A stretch of DNA of 60,466 nucleotides, the filler included. It is 6 parts of 6 records of this genome, joined end to end, with 100 filler letters (N's around TTAATTAATTAA, not from the genome) between each part and the next. Parts side by side here need not be neighbours in the genome. Positions count along the whole stretch, not along the records: positions 17,863 to 25,278 come from SRR31156797_11851; positions 25,379 to 32,844 come from SRR31156797_11859; 4 more parts are not named here. One strand, written 5' to 3'. The translations under genes were made by a program, and so were the position numbers. Below the pieces are notes generated by a model, which saw only the letters and a list, made by a program, of their open reading frames with translations, searched no databases and was not told the origin of the DNA. Below are positions 18,579-28,394 of this stretch, piece after piece. The first letter of the stretch is position 1, and each line of letters begins with the position of its first letter.

Positions 18579-21002
18579 ATGAGGATTTTTCTGACAACAC
18601 TTATATTTATTCTTTTTGTAGGAATTTCGGAGCATGTTATTGCACAAAAATATGCTGAAAATGAAATTGTTGTAATAAAGGGAGAGAAATATATAATGCA
18701 CCATGTTCGAACGGGAGAAACTATTTATTCGCTCTCAAAAAAATACAAGGTCAATCAAGCAGATCTTGAAAAACTTAATCCGGCAATTAAAAATGGATTA
18801 AGTATTGGTCAAATTCTAAAAATACCTTTTGTTGAGAATGTTGATTCTTCCCCCGATTTATCTGCAATACAAAAAGGTGATCCTTCTGGTTTTGAAACGC
18901 ATAAAATTAAATCAAGAAAAGAAACTCCTTATTTTATTGCCAAAAAATATGGAATTACGGTAGAAGAACTCTATGCTTATAATCCGAGAGTTCGCAAGTT
19001 TAAAAGGGGAACAAAACTAAATATTCCGTATTGGAATACGTCGGAGCAAGCAGTGGAAGGAGAGAGAGCAGAGGATCAAATCATTACGGATGAAACAGAA
19101 ATTGTAACACACAAAGTTGTTTCCGGGGAGACTTTGTATTCTATTTCCCGAAGATACGGAATAAGTGAATCTACGATTATTGAGACTAATCCTGAAGCCA
19201 TGAATCTTAAAGCAGGTATGGTATTAATGATCAAAAAGAAAGTTACGATTGGTGATGATATGAAGCCCGAACCAACCTTAAGAGATGATAATATCAGTTA
19301 TTTTGAGCATATTATTGAATCGGGTGAAACCATGTGGGGAACCACCCGAAAGTATAAAGTATCAGAGGCAGAGCTAAAAGAACTGAATCCTATTCTGAAT
19401 ACCGGATTTCCTGCTGGAGCGGTTATAAAAATTCCGGTACGGGAGCTTGAAAAAACAATTGCTCAACCGGTTAACGAAGCAGCTTTTTCAAAACACGTTG
19501 TTGAAAAGGGAGAAACGTTGTATGGCTTATCTAAAAAATATGAAATTAGTATCCCGGATATAAAAAAATATAATCCTGCGCTGGAAAAAAGAAACCTGGT
19601 TTATGGGGAAACAATTCTAATCCCTGTTAAACCAAACGAAATTTTTCAGCAAATTACAGGTAATAATAAGGTGGATTCTGCACGATTGGTGGAAGAATAT
19701 TATCAGGTTGAACTTCCCATTGAAATTCCGGAAACCTGTTTGCCTGATTTTTCAGAAATACAATCTGGTAAAATTTACAAAATAGCCTTATTCCTTCCAC
19801 TGTTTTTTGAAGCGAATGATACTTTGAATCGTGAAGATCTGGTAATCGACTCAACTGCAATTTATTCAGAAGAAGAAGTTGAAATTGCCAGGGATACCAC
19901 AATTGAAATGGAAGAAAGAAAAGAATTGTTCAAACAATTTTATGGAGGTAGTGAAAATTTCGTTCAGTTTTATGAAGGAGTTTTAATAGCGGTTGATTCT
20001 TTGCAACAAAGAGGGGTGCCGATCGAATTGAATGTATATGATACTCAACGAAATATCGACTCGGTTCGTCAATGTATGATGGGGAATAATTTTTTGGCAA
20101 CCGATCTTATCATCGGACCAATTTATCCAAAGTTTCAGAAAGAGGTAGCTGGTCTTGCAGCTAAGAACCGAATTCCTATGATATCTCCTCTTGCTTCGCA
20201 ATCAGGTATAACAGAAAATAACTCCAGGTATTTCCAGGTTAATCCATCGCGTAATTATTTAACAGAGCAAACAGCAGAAATGGTTGCCGAGGAGTTTTTT
20301 AATAGCAATTTTATTGTTGTAAAAACAAACGATTATAAAGGTACTCCCGAGGGAAGATTGGTTGACCTGCTTCGCGAGAAGTTCTTTAATTCAGGTTTTT
20401 TAAGCAGTAAGCAAGGAGTTAATTTTACGGTTTACGATTTTCAGAATGAGGGTGCTTTCGGTTTACGCAGAATTATGTCGAAAAACAAAGAGAATGTGAT
20501 ATATATACCTTCGTCAAATGAGGGCAAACTAAGCGTGGCCATCTCAAATGTGAATAATTTGGCCGATGATTATTCCATAACATTAATTGGATCAAACAGG
20601 TATCCTAATTACTCCAGCATTCAATTAGAACACTACCACAACTTAAAACTTAAATTTATAACACCATATTGGACAGATTATTCTGACACTGAAACTATCG
20701 CATTTATTGAGAAGTTTAAGAATAATTTTGGAACAGAACCAAATAACTTCGGTTTTCAGGGATACGATGTTACGATGTATTTTATAACCGCATTAACTAC
20801 TTACGGTCACGATTTTGCCAACTGTCTTCCTTACCTACACACGCAGCAAATGCAGGGAAGTTATCATTTTGAAAAAATAACTCAATTTGGAGGATATATG
20901 AATGAAGGAACATCAGTTGTGTCGTATACCCCGGATTATAAGGTAGTTCGGAAAAGGATTAAAGGACGTCCACGTTTGGTTACGGCTTCAAACAATGAGT
21001 AG
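18579..21002 (+). CDS. Secreted protein with five LysM domains and a C-terminal type-1 periplasmic-binding-fold (LppC-like) domain
   Basis: Signal peptide; five H.V..GET..S...Y...LNP...G..L.IP repeats; IALFLP, DLIIGP, GYDVT. Confidence 0.85.
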   Translation: MRIFLTTLIFILFVGISEHVIAQKYAENEIVVIKGEKYIMHHVRTGETIYSLSKKYKVNQADLEKLNPAIKNGLSIGQILKIPFVENVDSSPDLSAIQKGDPSGFETHKIKSRKETPYFIAKKYGITVEELYAYNPRVRKFKRGTKLNIPYWNTSEQAVEGERAEDQIITDETEIVTHKVVSGETLYSISRRYGISESTIIETNPEAMNLKAGMVLMIKKKVTIGDDMKPEPTLRDDNISYFEHIIESGETMWGTTRKYKVSEAELKELNPILNTGFPAGAVIKIPVRELEKTIAQPVNEAAFSKHVVEKGETLYGLSKKYEISIPDIKKYNPALEKRNLVYGETILIPVKPNEIFQQITGNNKVDSARLVEEYYQVELPIEIPETCLPDFSEIQSGKIYKIALFLPLFFEANDTLNREDLVIDSTAIYSEEEVEIARDTTIEMEERKELFKQFYGGSENFVQFYEGVLIAVDSLQQRGVPIELNVYDTQRNIDSVRQCMMGNNFLATDLIIGPIYPKFQKEVAGLAAKNRIPMISPLASQSGITENNSRYFQVNPSRNYLTEQTAEMVAEEFFNSNFIVVKTNDYKGTPEGRLVDLLREKFFNSGFLSSKQGVNFTVYDFQNEGAFGLRRIMSKNKENVIYIPSSNEGKLSVAISNVNNLADDYSITLIGSNRYPNYSSIQLEHYHNLKLKFITPYWTDYSDTETIAFIEKFKNNFGTEPNNFGFQGYDVTMYFITALTTYGHDFANCLPYLHTQQMQGSYHFEKITQFGGYMNEGTSVVSYTPDYKVVRKRIKGRPRLVTASNNE

Positions 21003-21086
21003 CATTTAAAATATCCAGAGGCGGTAAAAACGGATGCTGTATTTAAGAATACTGATGATGTTATTATTAGATAAACTTGAACTAAA

Positions 21087-21617
21087 ATGGAAAATTTAAC
21101 TATTGGAACACGCGTAGAACATCCGCGTTATGGAGAAGGAATTATAAGCAAAGATAACCTAACGGCCTACGAGATATTTTTTGAGCGTGGGGGGAAAATG
21201 GAAATTACAAAAAGAAATACTGACCTAACTGTTATAGAATCGAATTCTGAAGGGCCTAAAGAAGGGCTCTCAATTAGTAAGGTTGAAGAAGCAATTAGTT
21301 ATGTTCTGGATAAACATGGAGCGCTAAACGAGGTAGTTCCGATGGGCGAAAAATGGATTGGGGGTACCTTGAATTTACAGCCTGCAAATCTTGAGTTAAA
21401 ACCAAAGGAAATTCCAATTGAAATCTTTTTCCATAAAATTGTAATGTTGCGAGACCGTTTACGTGTATTGGAGCAAAATATAAACAGCAACAAATCGCTT
21501 TCTGACGAAGAAAAAGTTAATATACAACAATACATTACTCGAGCCTATGGTTCGCTAACCACATTTAATGTTTTATTTTCAGAAAAAGAACATTATTTTG
21601 TTGGAGCTAAAAAATAA
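21087..21617 (+). CDS. Conserved hypothetical protein (Bacteroidota)
   Basis: SH3-like N-terminus GTRVEHPRYGEG; FFHKIVMLRDRLRVLEQ..QYITRAYGSLTTFNVLF. Confidence 0.7.
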   Translation: MENLTIGTRVEHPRYGEGIISKDNLTAYEIFFERGGKMEITKRNTDLTVIESNSEGPKEGLSISKVEEAISYVLDKHGALNEVVPMGEKWIGGTLNLQPANLELKPKEIPIEIFFHKIVMLRDRLRVLEQNINSNKSLSDEEKVNIQQYITRAYGSLTTFNVLFSEKEHYFVGAKK

Positions 21618-21714
21618 ATAAAATGAAACTGATCCTGACTGGTTATGACACGATATTGAAGTCTGATGACAGGAAAGTTTCTATTACCCTTAATAATTAA
21701 ACATTATTTGTAAA

Positions 21715-22617
21715 ATGAAAATATTAAAGTTATTGGTTCTGATGTTTGCAATCTCTTCCATTTCTGTAGCTCAGGATAAAGTTTTAAAAGTATGGCCCGA
21801 TGGTGCACCTAACGATAATGGTATGACCGAACCAGAAGAAAAATATGATGGTGTTCGTGTTCGTAATGTTTCGGAAGCAGAAATATATGTTTATTTGCCT
21901 GAAGCCAAAAAGAATACTGGTGCAGCAATGGTTATTTGTCCTGGTGGAGGTTATCGTATTGAAGCCATGGACCATGAAGGCTTTGATATTGCAACCTTTT
22001 TGCAGGAAAAGGGTATCGCCGGTATTGTTTTAAAATACCGCTTACCATATGGTCATCATGAAATACCATCGTGCGATGCCAGACAGGCTATTCGTATTGT
22101 TCGTGCCCATGCAAAAGAATGGGGAATAGATCCAGGCAAAATAGGAATAGCTGGTTCGTCTGCTGGTGGCCATCTGGCTTCAACTGTAGGAACTGTTTTT
22201 GATTTAGGAGATAAAGAAAGCTCATGCACGGTTGCTCAACTAAGCTGTCGTCCTGATTATATGCTTTTATTGTATCCGGTAATTACAATGAACGAAGAGT
22301 TTACTCATTTAGGATCGCGTGAAAACCTGATAGGTAAAGGTCACGACAAAGAGTTGGTTCGAAAATATTCAAATGAATTGAATGTTAGTGCTCAAACTCC
22401 ACCCACATTTTTGGTGTTAGCCGATAACGATAAAGGTGTTGTTCCGCGCAATTCAATAGAGTTCTATACTCAATTAAAAAAATACGATATTCCTGCCGAA
22501 ATGCATATTTTCCAGGAGGGTGGACATGGATTTGGTATTCGAAAAAACGGAATACCTGCTGATAATTGGCCTGAAATGTTTTATACCTGGTTAAAAGCTC
22601 AAAAAGTAGTGGAATAA
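21715..22617 (+). CDS. Secreted alpha/beta hydrolase (acetyl/feruloyl esterase-like)
   Basis: ICPGGGY, nucleophile GSSAGG, TPPTFL...D, GGHGFG. Confidence 0.88.
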   Translation: MKILKLLVLMFAISSISVAQDKVLKVWPDGAPNDNGMTEPEEKYDGVRVRNVSEAEIYVYLPEAKKNTGAAMVICPGGGYRIEAMDHEGFDIATFLQEKGIAGIVLKYRLPYGHHEIPSCDARQAIRIVRAHAKEWGIDPGKIGIAGSSAGGHLASTVGTVFDLGDKESSCTVAQLSCRPDYMLLLYPVITMNEEFTHLGSRENLIGKGHDKELVRKYSNELNVSAQTPPTFLVLADNDKGVVPRNSIEFYTQLKKYDIPAEMHIFQEGGHGFGIRKNGIPADNWPEMFYTWLKAQKVVE

Positions 22618-23145
22618 ATGAGCAGCACACATCCTTTAAAGGTCTTAAAATTCTGCCCAAAATGCGGATCTGCCGATTGCTCTCAGTTTGGTGACCGCTC
22701 ACTGAAATGTGAAACATGTGGTTTCCATTATTACATCAACTCGTCGGCAGCAGTTGCAGCATTGGTAACCAATACTGCAGGAAGTTTAATGTTGGTTAAA
22801 CGTGGAGTTGAGCCCGATTATGGTAAACTGGATTTACCAGGTGGATTTATTGATCCACTGGAAACAGCTGAAAATGCAGTTGTACGCGAATTGGACGAAG
22901 AGCTCGGACTTCGCGTTAAGAGTTTGAAATACCTTGGTTCTGCTCCAAATGAGTATATCTTTTCCGGGTTTACAGTTTTTACAATAGATATGGCATTTCA
23001 GGTTGTGGCTGAATCCTTAGAGAACCTAAAACCCCAGGATGATATTCTCGATTATAAGTTCTATACAAAAGAAGAAGTGGACTACAATGAGATTCCCGCT
23101 CCATCAATAAAAAAATTCGTATTAAATTATTTTAATGAAAACTGA
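22618..23145 (+). CDS. NUDIX hydrolase with N-terminal zinc ribbon (NudC-like)
   Basis: CPKCG..CETCG; LPGGFIDPLETAENAVVRELDEELG. Confidence 0.88.
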   Translation: MSSTHPLKVLKFCPKCGSADCSQFGDRSLKCETCGFHYYINSSAAVAALVTNTAGSLMLVKRGVEPDYGKLDLPGGFIDPLETAENAVVRELDEELGLRVKSLKYLGSAPNEYIFSGFTVFTIDMAFQVVAESLENLKPQDDILDYKFYTKEEVDYNEIPAPSIKKFVLNYFNEN

Positions 23146-24916
23146 AATAAAAAAACGATTACAGACCTTACGGGCCGAAATGCTAAAACTCAACATTGAT
23201 GCCTGGTATATATCGGGAACCGATCCACACTCGAGCGAATATCTTTCTGAAAGGTGGCAAACACGGGCATTTATATCCGGTTTTACCGGATCTTACGGAA
23301 TGGTGGTTGTTACCCAATCGGAAGCTGCATTATGGACAGATACCCGATACTTTTTACAGGCTGCCGATCAATTGGAAGGAACCGGAATTGAAATGATGAA
23401 GCTTCGGGTACCCGATGCCGTTTCGCCTCAGCAGTGGTTATGCAATAAACTAAAAAGTGGAGCAAAAGTAGGGATGGATGCTTCAACAGTAACAGCTGAT
23501 AATTTCTTTGATTTTTCTAATATTCTTGAAAAGAATAAAATTGAGCTGGTTGAAACCAATGATCTGTTGGAAAAGATTTGGGATAACCGGCCTGTAAATT
23601 CAAAAGATAATATTTTTGAACTAGCAGTTAAATACACAGGATTAACACGAAATGAAAAGCAAGAGCAAGTTGTGGCTCAAATAAAAGAGTTGGGAGCAGA
23701 TTATCATGTAATAACAATGCTTGATGAATTGGCCTGGCAATTTAATCTTCGCGGTTCTGATATTTCTTATAATCCGGTATTTAATGGTTTTGCTTTAATT
23801 GGTGCAAACCAAAGTTTTTTATTTGTTGACGATGATAAATTGGACAGTGAGCTTAAGAATCAACTTCAAATTGAGGGGATTAGCATAGAAGCCTACAGCA
23901 GCTTTTATTCTTTTCTATCAGAATTAGAGGGGAAACGAATTTTTATCGATAGTTCTTCTGCAAATTATGCCGTCTATTCTGCTTTAAAAGGAAAAAATGA
24001 ACTGGTTACCGGAACATCGGTGGTCTCATTGTTAAAAGCTAAAAAGAACACTATTGAATTGGCTGGTTTTCGAAAAGCGATGGAAAAGGATGGAGTTGCT
24101 TTGGTTGAATTCCATTATTGGTTAAAAAACAATGTGGGAAAAAAAAGGCTAACTGAATATGAGATAGGTGTTAAATTAAAAGAGTTTAGAGCAAAGCAGG
24201 ATGGTTTTAAAGGGGAAAGCTTTCCGCCGATTGTCGGGTATAGAGAACATGGGGCAATTGTACATTTAACCGTTGGTCCGGACAATGCTTTACCGATTGA
24301 TGCAGATGGGATCTTATTGTTTGATTCTGGTGGACAGTACTTTGAAGGGACGACTGATATTACACGAACCGTAGCTTTGGGTGAAATAACACCTCAGCAA
24401 AAAGTTGATTTTACGCTGGTCTTAAAAGGTATGATCAGTTTATCCAGGGCGAAATTTCCTTATGGAACTAAAGGTTGTCATTTGGATATTTTAGCGCGTC
24501 AACCACTTTGGGAACACGGTTTAAATTATGGTCACGGCACAGGTCATGGTGTTGGGCACTTTTTAAATGTGCACGAAGGACCAATGGCCATCCGTCAGGA
24601 GTTTAACGAGAACCGAATTGAACCCGGACATGTAATGAGCAATGAACCTGCGTTTTATAGAGAAGGAGAGTATGGATTACGAACAGAAAATATGATTACC
24701 TGTATTGAATTGGAAGAAACTGAATTTGGTCGTTTCCTCGGATTTGAAACGCTAACGCTCTGTCCGATTGATACAACCCTGGTTGATACGTCGTTATTAA
24801 CCCAAGAGGAAATTGATTGGTTAAATGATTATCACCGGAAAGTGAGAACAAGTATAAAACCCATTTTACGAGCAGAGCTTCATAACTACCTGGATGAATT
24901 AACCCGAGAAATTTAA
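23135..24916 (+). CDS. Xaa-Pro aminopeptidase (M24B)
   Basis: DPHSSEY, WTDTRY, DSGGQY..GTTDITRT, HGTGHGVG...VHEGP, SNEPAFY, RTEN. Confidence 0.93.
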   Translation: MKTEIKKRLQTLRAEMLKLNIDAWYISGTDPHSSEYLSERWQTRAFISGFTGSYGMVVVTQSEAALWTDTRYFLQAADQLEGTGIEMMKLRVPDAVSPQQWLCNKLKSGAKVGMDASTVTADNFFDFSNILEKNKIELVETNDLLEKIWDNRPVNSKDNIFELAVKYTGLTRNEKQEQVVAQIKELGADYHVITMLDELAWQFNLRGSDISYNPVFNGFALIGANQSFLFVDDDKLDSELKNQLQIEGISIEAYSSFYSFLSELEGKRIFIDSSSANYAVYSALKGKNELVTGTSVVSLLKAKKNTIELAGFRKAMEKDGVALVEFHYWLKNNVGKKRLTEYEIGVKLKEFRAKQDGFKGESFPPIVGYREHGAIVHLTVGPDNALPIDADGILLFDSGGQYFEGTTDITRTVALGEITPQQKVDFTLVLKGMISLSRAKFPYGTKGCHLDILARQPLWEHGLNYGHGTGHGVGHFLNVHEGPMAIRQEFNENRIEPGHVMSNEPAFYREGEYGLRTENMITCIELEETEFGRFLGFETLTLCPIDTTLVDTSLLTQEEIDWLNDYHRKVRTSIKPILRAELHNYLDELTREI

Positions 24917-25278
24917 TTGGCCACCGGAAGTGTAAAGCAAAAGGTGCTTCCCTCGTTTTCAATACTTGAAACAGAGATGGTGCCTCCGTTTTTCTCAACA
25001 AATTCTTTACACAAGTGAAGCCCAAGGCCAGTACCGCTTTCACGCGATGTGCCGAATCGTTGGGTCTTACTATTAAGATTAAATAGACTGTTAACAGTTG
25101 TTTCATCCATGCCAATACCATTATCGGTTATACAAAACCTGAGAGATCCGTTTGAAACAGCAGATGCAACTTCAATCTTCCCTCCGGGATTTGTAAATTT
25201 TATAGCATTTGAAATGAGGTTTCTGAAAACAGTAGAGATCATATTTTTGTCGGCCAGACATTTATATTCACTATCAAC
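24913..25278 (-). CDS. Sensor histidine kinase, C-terminal HATPase fragment
   Basis: NLISNAIKFT, DNGIGM, GTGLGL, GSTFCFTLP; 5' end truncated by the contig edge. Confidence 0.9.
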   Translation of the reverse strand, partial: VDSEYKCLADKNMISTVFRNLISNAIKFTNPGGKIEVASAVSNGSLRFCITDNGIGMDETTVNSLFNLNSKTQRFGTSRESGTGLGLHLCKEFVEKNGGTISVSSIENEGSTFCFTLPVAN

Positions 25279-25378
25279 NNNNNNNNNNNNNNNNNNNNNN
25301 NNNNNNNNNNNNNNNNNNNNNNTTAATTAATTAANNNNNNNNNNNNNNNNNNNNNNNNNNNNNNNNNNNNNNNNNNNN
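25279..25378. other. Artificial contig spacer
   Basis: N44-TTAATTAATTAA-N44. Confidence 0.99.
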
Positions 25379-25379
25379 T

Positions 25380-26858
25380 ACGATAAAAGCAAATTCATAT
25401 CTGATTCTTTGTTCGAGTTCAGCGATGGAGGATTTTTCTGTATACGGGAACACTTTGGGGGTAAGTAATTTTTCAGGATTGACTAATGCAGGTACCACTA
25501 TTAGTCTTAAATCAACCGAAGGCATATTACTCGATTCAATTACATACTCAATTGCTTGGTATAAATCTGATGAAAAGAATGATGGAGGTTGGTCACTAGA
25601 GAGAATTGATCCAATGAACACAACATGGCAACAACCAAATTGGTCGGCTTCAGATCATCACACAGGAGGAACTCCAGGTTCAATAAATTCAATTTATAAA
25701 GACAATAAAGATATAACTTCACCAGAACTTCAAAAGTTGATTGTGAGTTCTACAAATTCAATCCAACTGAATTTTTCGGAACCAATGCTACCAAAAGAGA
25801 TTATTGACCATCAAAATTTCATTTTGTTAGAATCTGGTCAGCATCCTATAAGTATTGTAAATGTTAAGAACATGGGAATTTCGTTTGAACTAGTATTTCA
25901 GGATAATTTTGTCCCAAATTTAAAATATGAACTCAGTATTGATCAAAAAGTGACTGATTTGGCACATAACCCTCTTTTAAAGGATGTTTATGAGTTTTGG
26001 ATTCCATCAGAAATTCAAGCAGGTGATGTTGTAATCAATGAAGTACTTTTTAATCCGCTTTCGGGTGGTGCTGATTACGTTGAATTGTACAATACTTCAG
26101 ATAATATTCTGGATTTATCTAAATCATATCTTGCTAAAAGAGACGAGAACTATTTACTAACCGACAGTGTGAAAATTTCGGATGAGCAATTAATTTTAAA
26201 ACCTCAAAACTATATTTTATTAAGTGCGGATACTCTTAACGTTCGTGAGAATTATTATACCAATGATTGGAATGTATTTAAGAAATGTAATCTTCCGAGT
26301 TATGGTGATAAATCGGGTAGAGTTGTTTTACTATCCGAAACGGAGCTTATAGATGATTTTGCCTACGATGAAAAAATGCATTTTAGCTTATTGGCATCCG
26401 TTGAAGGTGTGGCACTGGAACGGATCAATCCAAATGATAAAACCAATAATACTTCCAATTGGCAATCAGCGGCACAGAGTATAGGGTATGGCACTCCCGG
26501 TTTGGAGAATTCCGTTTTTACAGATGAAAAAGCACTTGAAAGTGAAGTTAGTTTGTCTAATAAAATATTTTCACCTGATAGCGACGGGCAAGATGATCGA
26601 CTTTATATCAACTTTAATTTGAAAGAAGATGGTATTGTTGCTAATGTTAGAATTTATAATTCAACAGGTAAAGAGGTGCGGAAACTGGCAAGCAAGTACT
26701 ATTTGGCATTAGAGGATAAAATTTATTGGGATGGATTAAATTCAAGCAGAGAAAGGTTGCCAATAGGAATTTATCTTGTATATATTGAGTTGTTTAATGC
26801 AAATGGTGATGTGAAAACGTTTAAAAAGACATGCGTTTTGGGAGGGAAATTCAACTAA
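25380..26858 (+). CDS. Lamin-tail/Ig-like domain protein with C-terminal T9SS-type (gliding motility-associated) domain, 5' truncated
   Basis: Frame open from the contig edge; SLERIDP..GGTPG, VVINEVLFNP..DYVELYN, FSPDSDGQDD..WDG..LPIGIY. Confidence 0.75.
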   Translation, partial: TIKANSYLILCSSSAMEDFSVYGNTLGVSNFSGLTNAGTTISLKSTEGILLDSITYSIAWYKSDEKNDGGWSLERIDPMNTTWQQPNWSASDHHTGGTPGSINSIYKDNKDITSPELQKLIVSSTNSIQLNFSEPMLPKEIIDHQNFILLESGQHPISIVNVKNMGISFELVFQDNFVPNLKYELSIDQKVTDLAHNPLLKDVYEFWIPSEIQAGDVVINEVLFNPLSGGADYVELYNTSDNILDLSKSYLAKRDENYLLTDSVKISDEQLILKPQNYILLSADTLNVRENYYTNDWNVFKKCNLPSYGDKSGRVVLLSETELIDDFAYDEKMHFSLLASVEGVALERINPNDKTNNTSNWQSAAQSIGYGTPGLENSVFTDEKALESEVSLSNKIFSPDSDGQDDRLYINFNLKEDGIVANVRIYNSTGKEVRKLASKYYLALEDKIYWDGLNSSRERLPIGIYLVYIELFNANGDVKTFKKTCVLGGKFN

Positions 26859-27024
26859 TAATGATTGAATTTAAAAAAATGAAAAAACTATTGATCATTC
26901 ATCGTGAATTTTGTAACTTGATGATGCATAGCGTATTTAAGTGATCAAATTTAAATATTGGCTTTAGCCAAATTGCTTTAGCAATAGCTGTTAATTAATG
27001 TAGTGGTTAATTAAATGGTAGAGT

Positions 27025-27052
27025 AAAAGGGGAATGAAAATTCCCCTTTTTT
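27025..27052. terminator. Bidirectional intrinsic terminator
   Basis: AAAAGGGGAAT-GAAA-ATTCCCCTTTT between convergent genes. Confidence 0.75.
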
Positions 27053-28178
27053 ATATTGAATCGGTTTCTATATTGTGCAAATTACTTGACCTTTTATTTT
27101 TTCGGACATAGTTCAAGATTTGATTGTCAAATAATGCTTTATCCTCATTTAGGAATTTAATACGAAGCGGAACGTAAAAAAGATGTTTCTTGATCAAATC
27201 CTGATCTATATTCATATCAAAAATTCGAGTAGCGTCCTTTTCAGTGGTAATAATAATCTTGTTTTCTCCAGCTAGTTCTTTAAATCGTTTTTCTATTTGC
27301 TCTATATCTTTTTGGTTAAAATCATGATGATCTGGAAAGTGTAATTCATCAATGACATCCGAAAAATCATCCAAATATTCTTTTAATGGTTTTGGATTGG
27401 CAATTCCGGTAAGCAACAGAATTGAAAAATTCTCTTTCCCCCAATCCTGGTTGATTATATTTATTGCATTATTGCTAAAAACAGGTTGTAAACTAGCATA
27501 GTCTAAACAGGTAAAATACAATTTTTGATACGGTAAAATATTTAATTCTTTTACAAAAATTCTTCTTTCTATGGGAGTCATGTTTGTAGGAGCTTTGCTC
27601 ACAATAATAATATTGGCTCTCGATCTTTCATCAGAACTTTCCCTTAATCTGCCATAGGGTAAAATATAATCTCGTGTTATTGGGCGATTGTAATCGATAA
27701 GAAGAATTGACAAACCAGGTTTGATATACCTGTGCTGAAATGCATCATCCAATAATATAGCGCTTAAATCATTACCATATTCAGTTTGTAAAAGACTTTT
27801 GACACCATTCACTCTATTTTTATCAACAGACACAAAAATATCTGGGAATTTACGCTTGATTTGCATTGGTTCATCACCAATTTGCGATGCTGTAGCATTT
27901 TCATCAGCTAAAATAAATCCTTTCGATTTTCTTTTGTACCCCCGACTTAAGGTTGCCAATTTATAATCATCATTTAAAAGAGTGATTAGGTATTCGATAT
28001 GTGGAGTTTTACCAGTGCCACCAACGGTGATATTCCCTACAGAAATAATTGGAATTTTAAATTCGGTACTTGATAAAATATTGATATCGAAGAGAAAATT
28101 ACGAAAAGCAACAATTAATCCGTAAAGTAAACTAAACGGTAACAGTAAGCCTTTTAAAAAACGGGATAGTGCTTTCAT
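27051..28178 (-). CDS. lpxK: Tetraacyldisaccharide 4'-kinase
   Basis: SVGNITVGGTGKTP, LSRGY, GDEP, LDDAFQH, FPDHH, ITTEKD. Confidence 0.95.
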   Translation of the reverse strand: MKALSRFLKGLLLPFSLLYGLIVAFRNFLFDINILSSTEFKIPIISVGNITVGGTGKTPHIEYLITLLNDDYKLATLSRGYKRKSKGFILADENATASQIGDEPMQIKRKFPDIFVSVDKNRVNGVKSLLQTEYGNDLSAILLDDAFQHRYIKPGLSILLIDYNRPITRDYILPYGRLRESSDERSRANIIIVSKAPTNMTPIERRIFVKELNILPYQKLYFTCLDYASLQPVFSNNAINIINQDWGKENFSILLLTGIANPKPLKEYLDDFSDVIDELHFPDHHDFNQKDIEQIEKRFKELAGENKIIITTEKDATRIFDMNIDQDLIKKHLFYVPLRIKFLNEDKALFDNQILNYVRKNKRSSNLHNIETDSI

Positions 28179-28344
28179 TCGATCCTTAAATTTAGCCGTA
28201 AAATCAATTTGTCAGTTGATTTTAGATGTCTTTGTGGTAATTTATACATTAATAAATGTACAGAAATATTTGTTAGGATTTAAATCGAATTAAATATGAC
28301 AATAATTTTTTATTAAGGAACTAAGCAATCAGACTTAATTGCAT

Positions 28345-28376
28345 AAAAAAATCCTCAATTGTTTGAGGATTTTTTT
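28345..28376 (-). terminator. Intrinsic terminator after sppA
   Basis: AAAAAAATCCTCAA-TTGT-TTGAGGATTTTTTT. Confidence 0.75.
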
Positions 28377-28394
28377 ATTTGATTTGAAAGATTT

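Noticed and set aside
18579-21002. Five-LysM plus binding-protein fusion as novel
   Set aside because: This is a common Bacteroidota architecture found near guaA.
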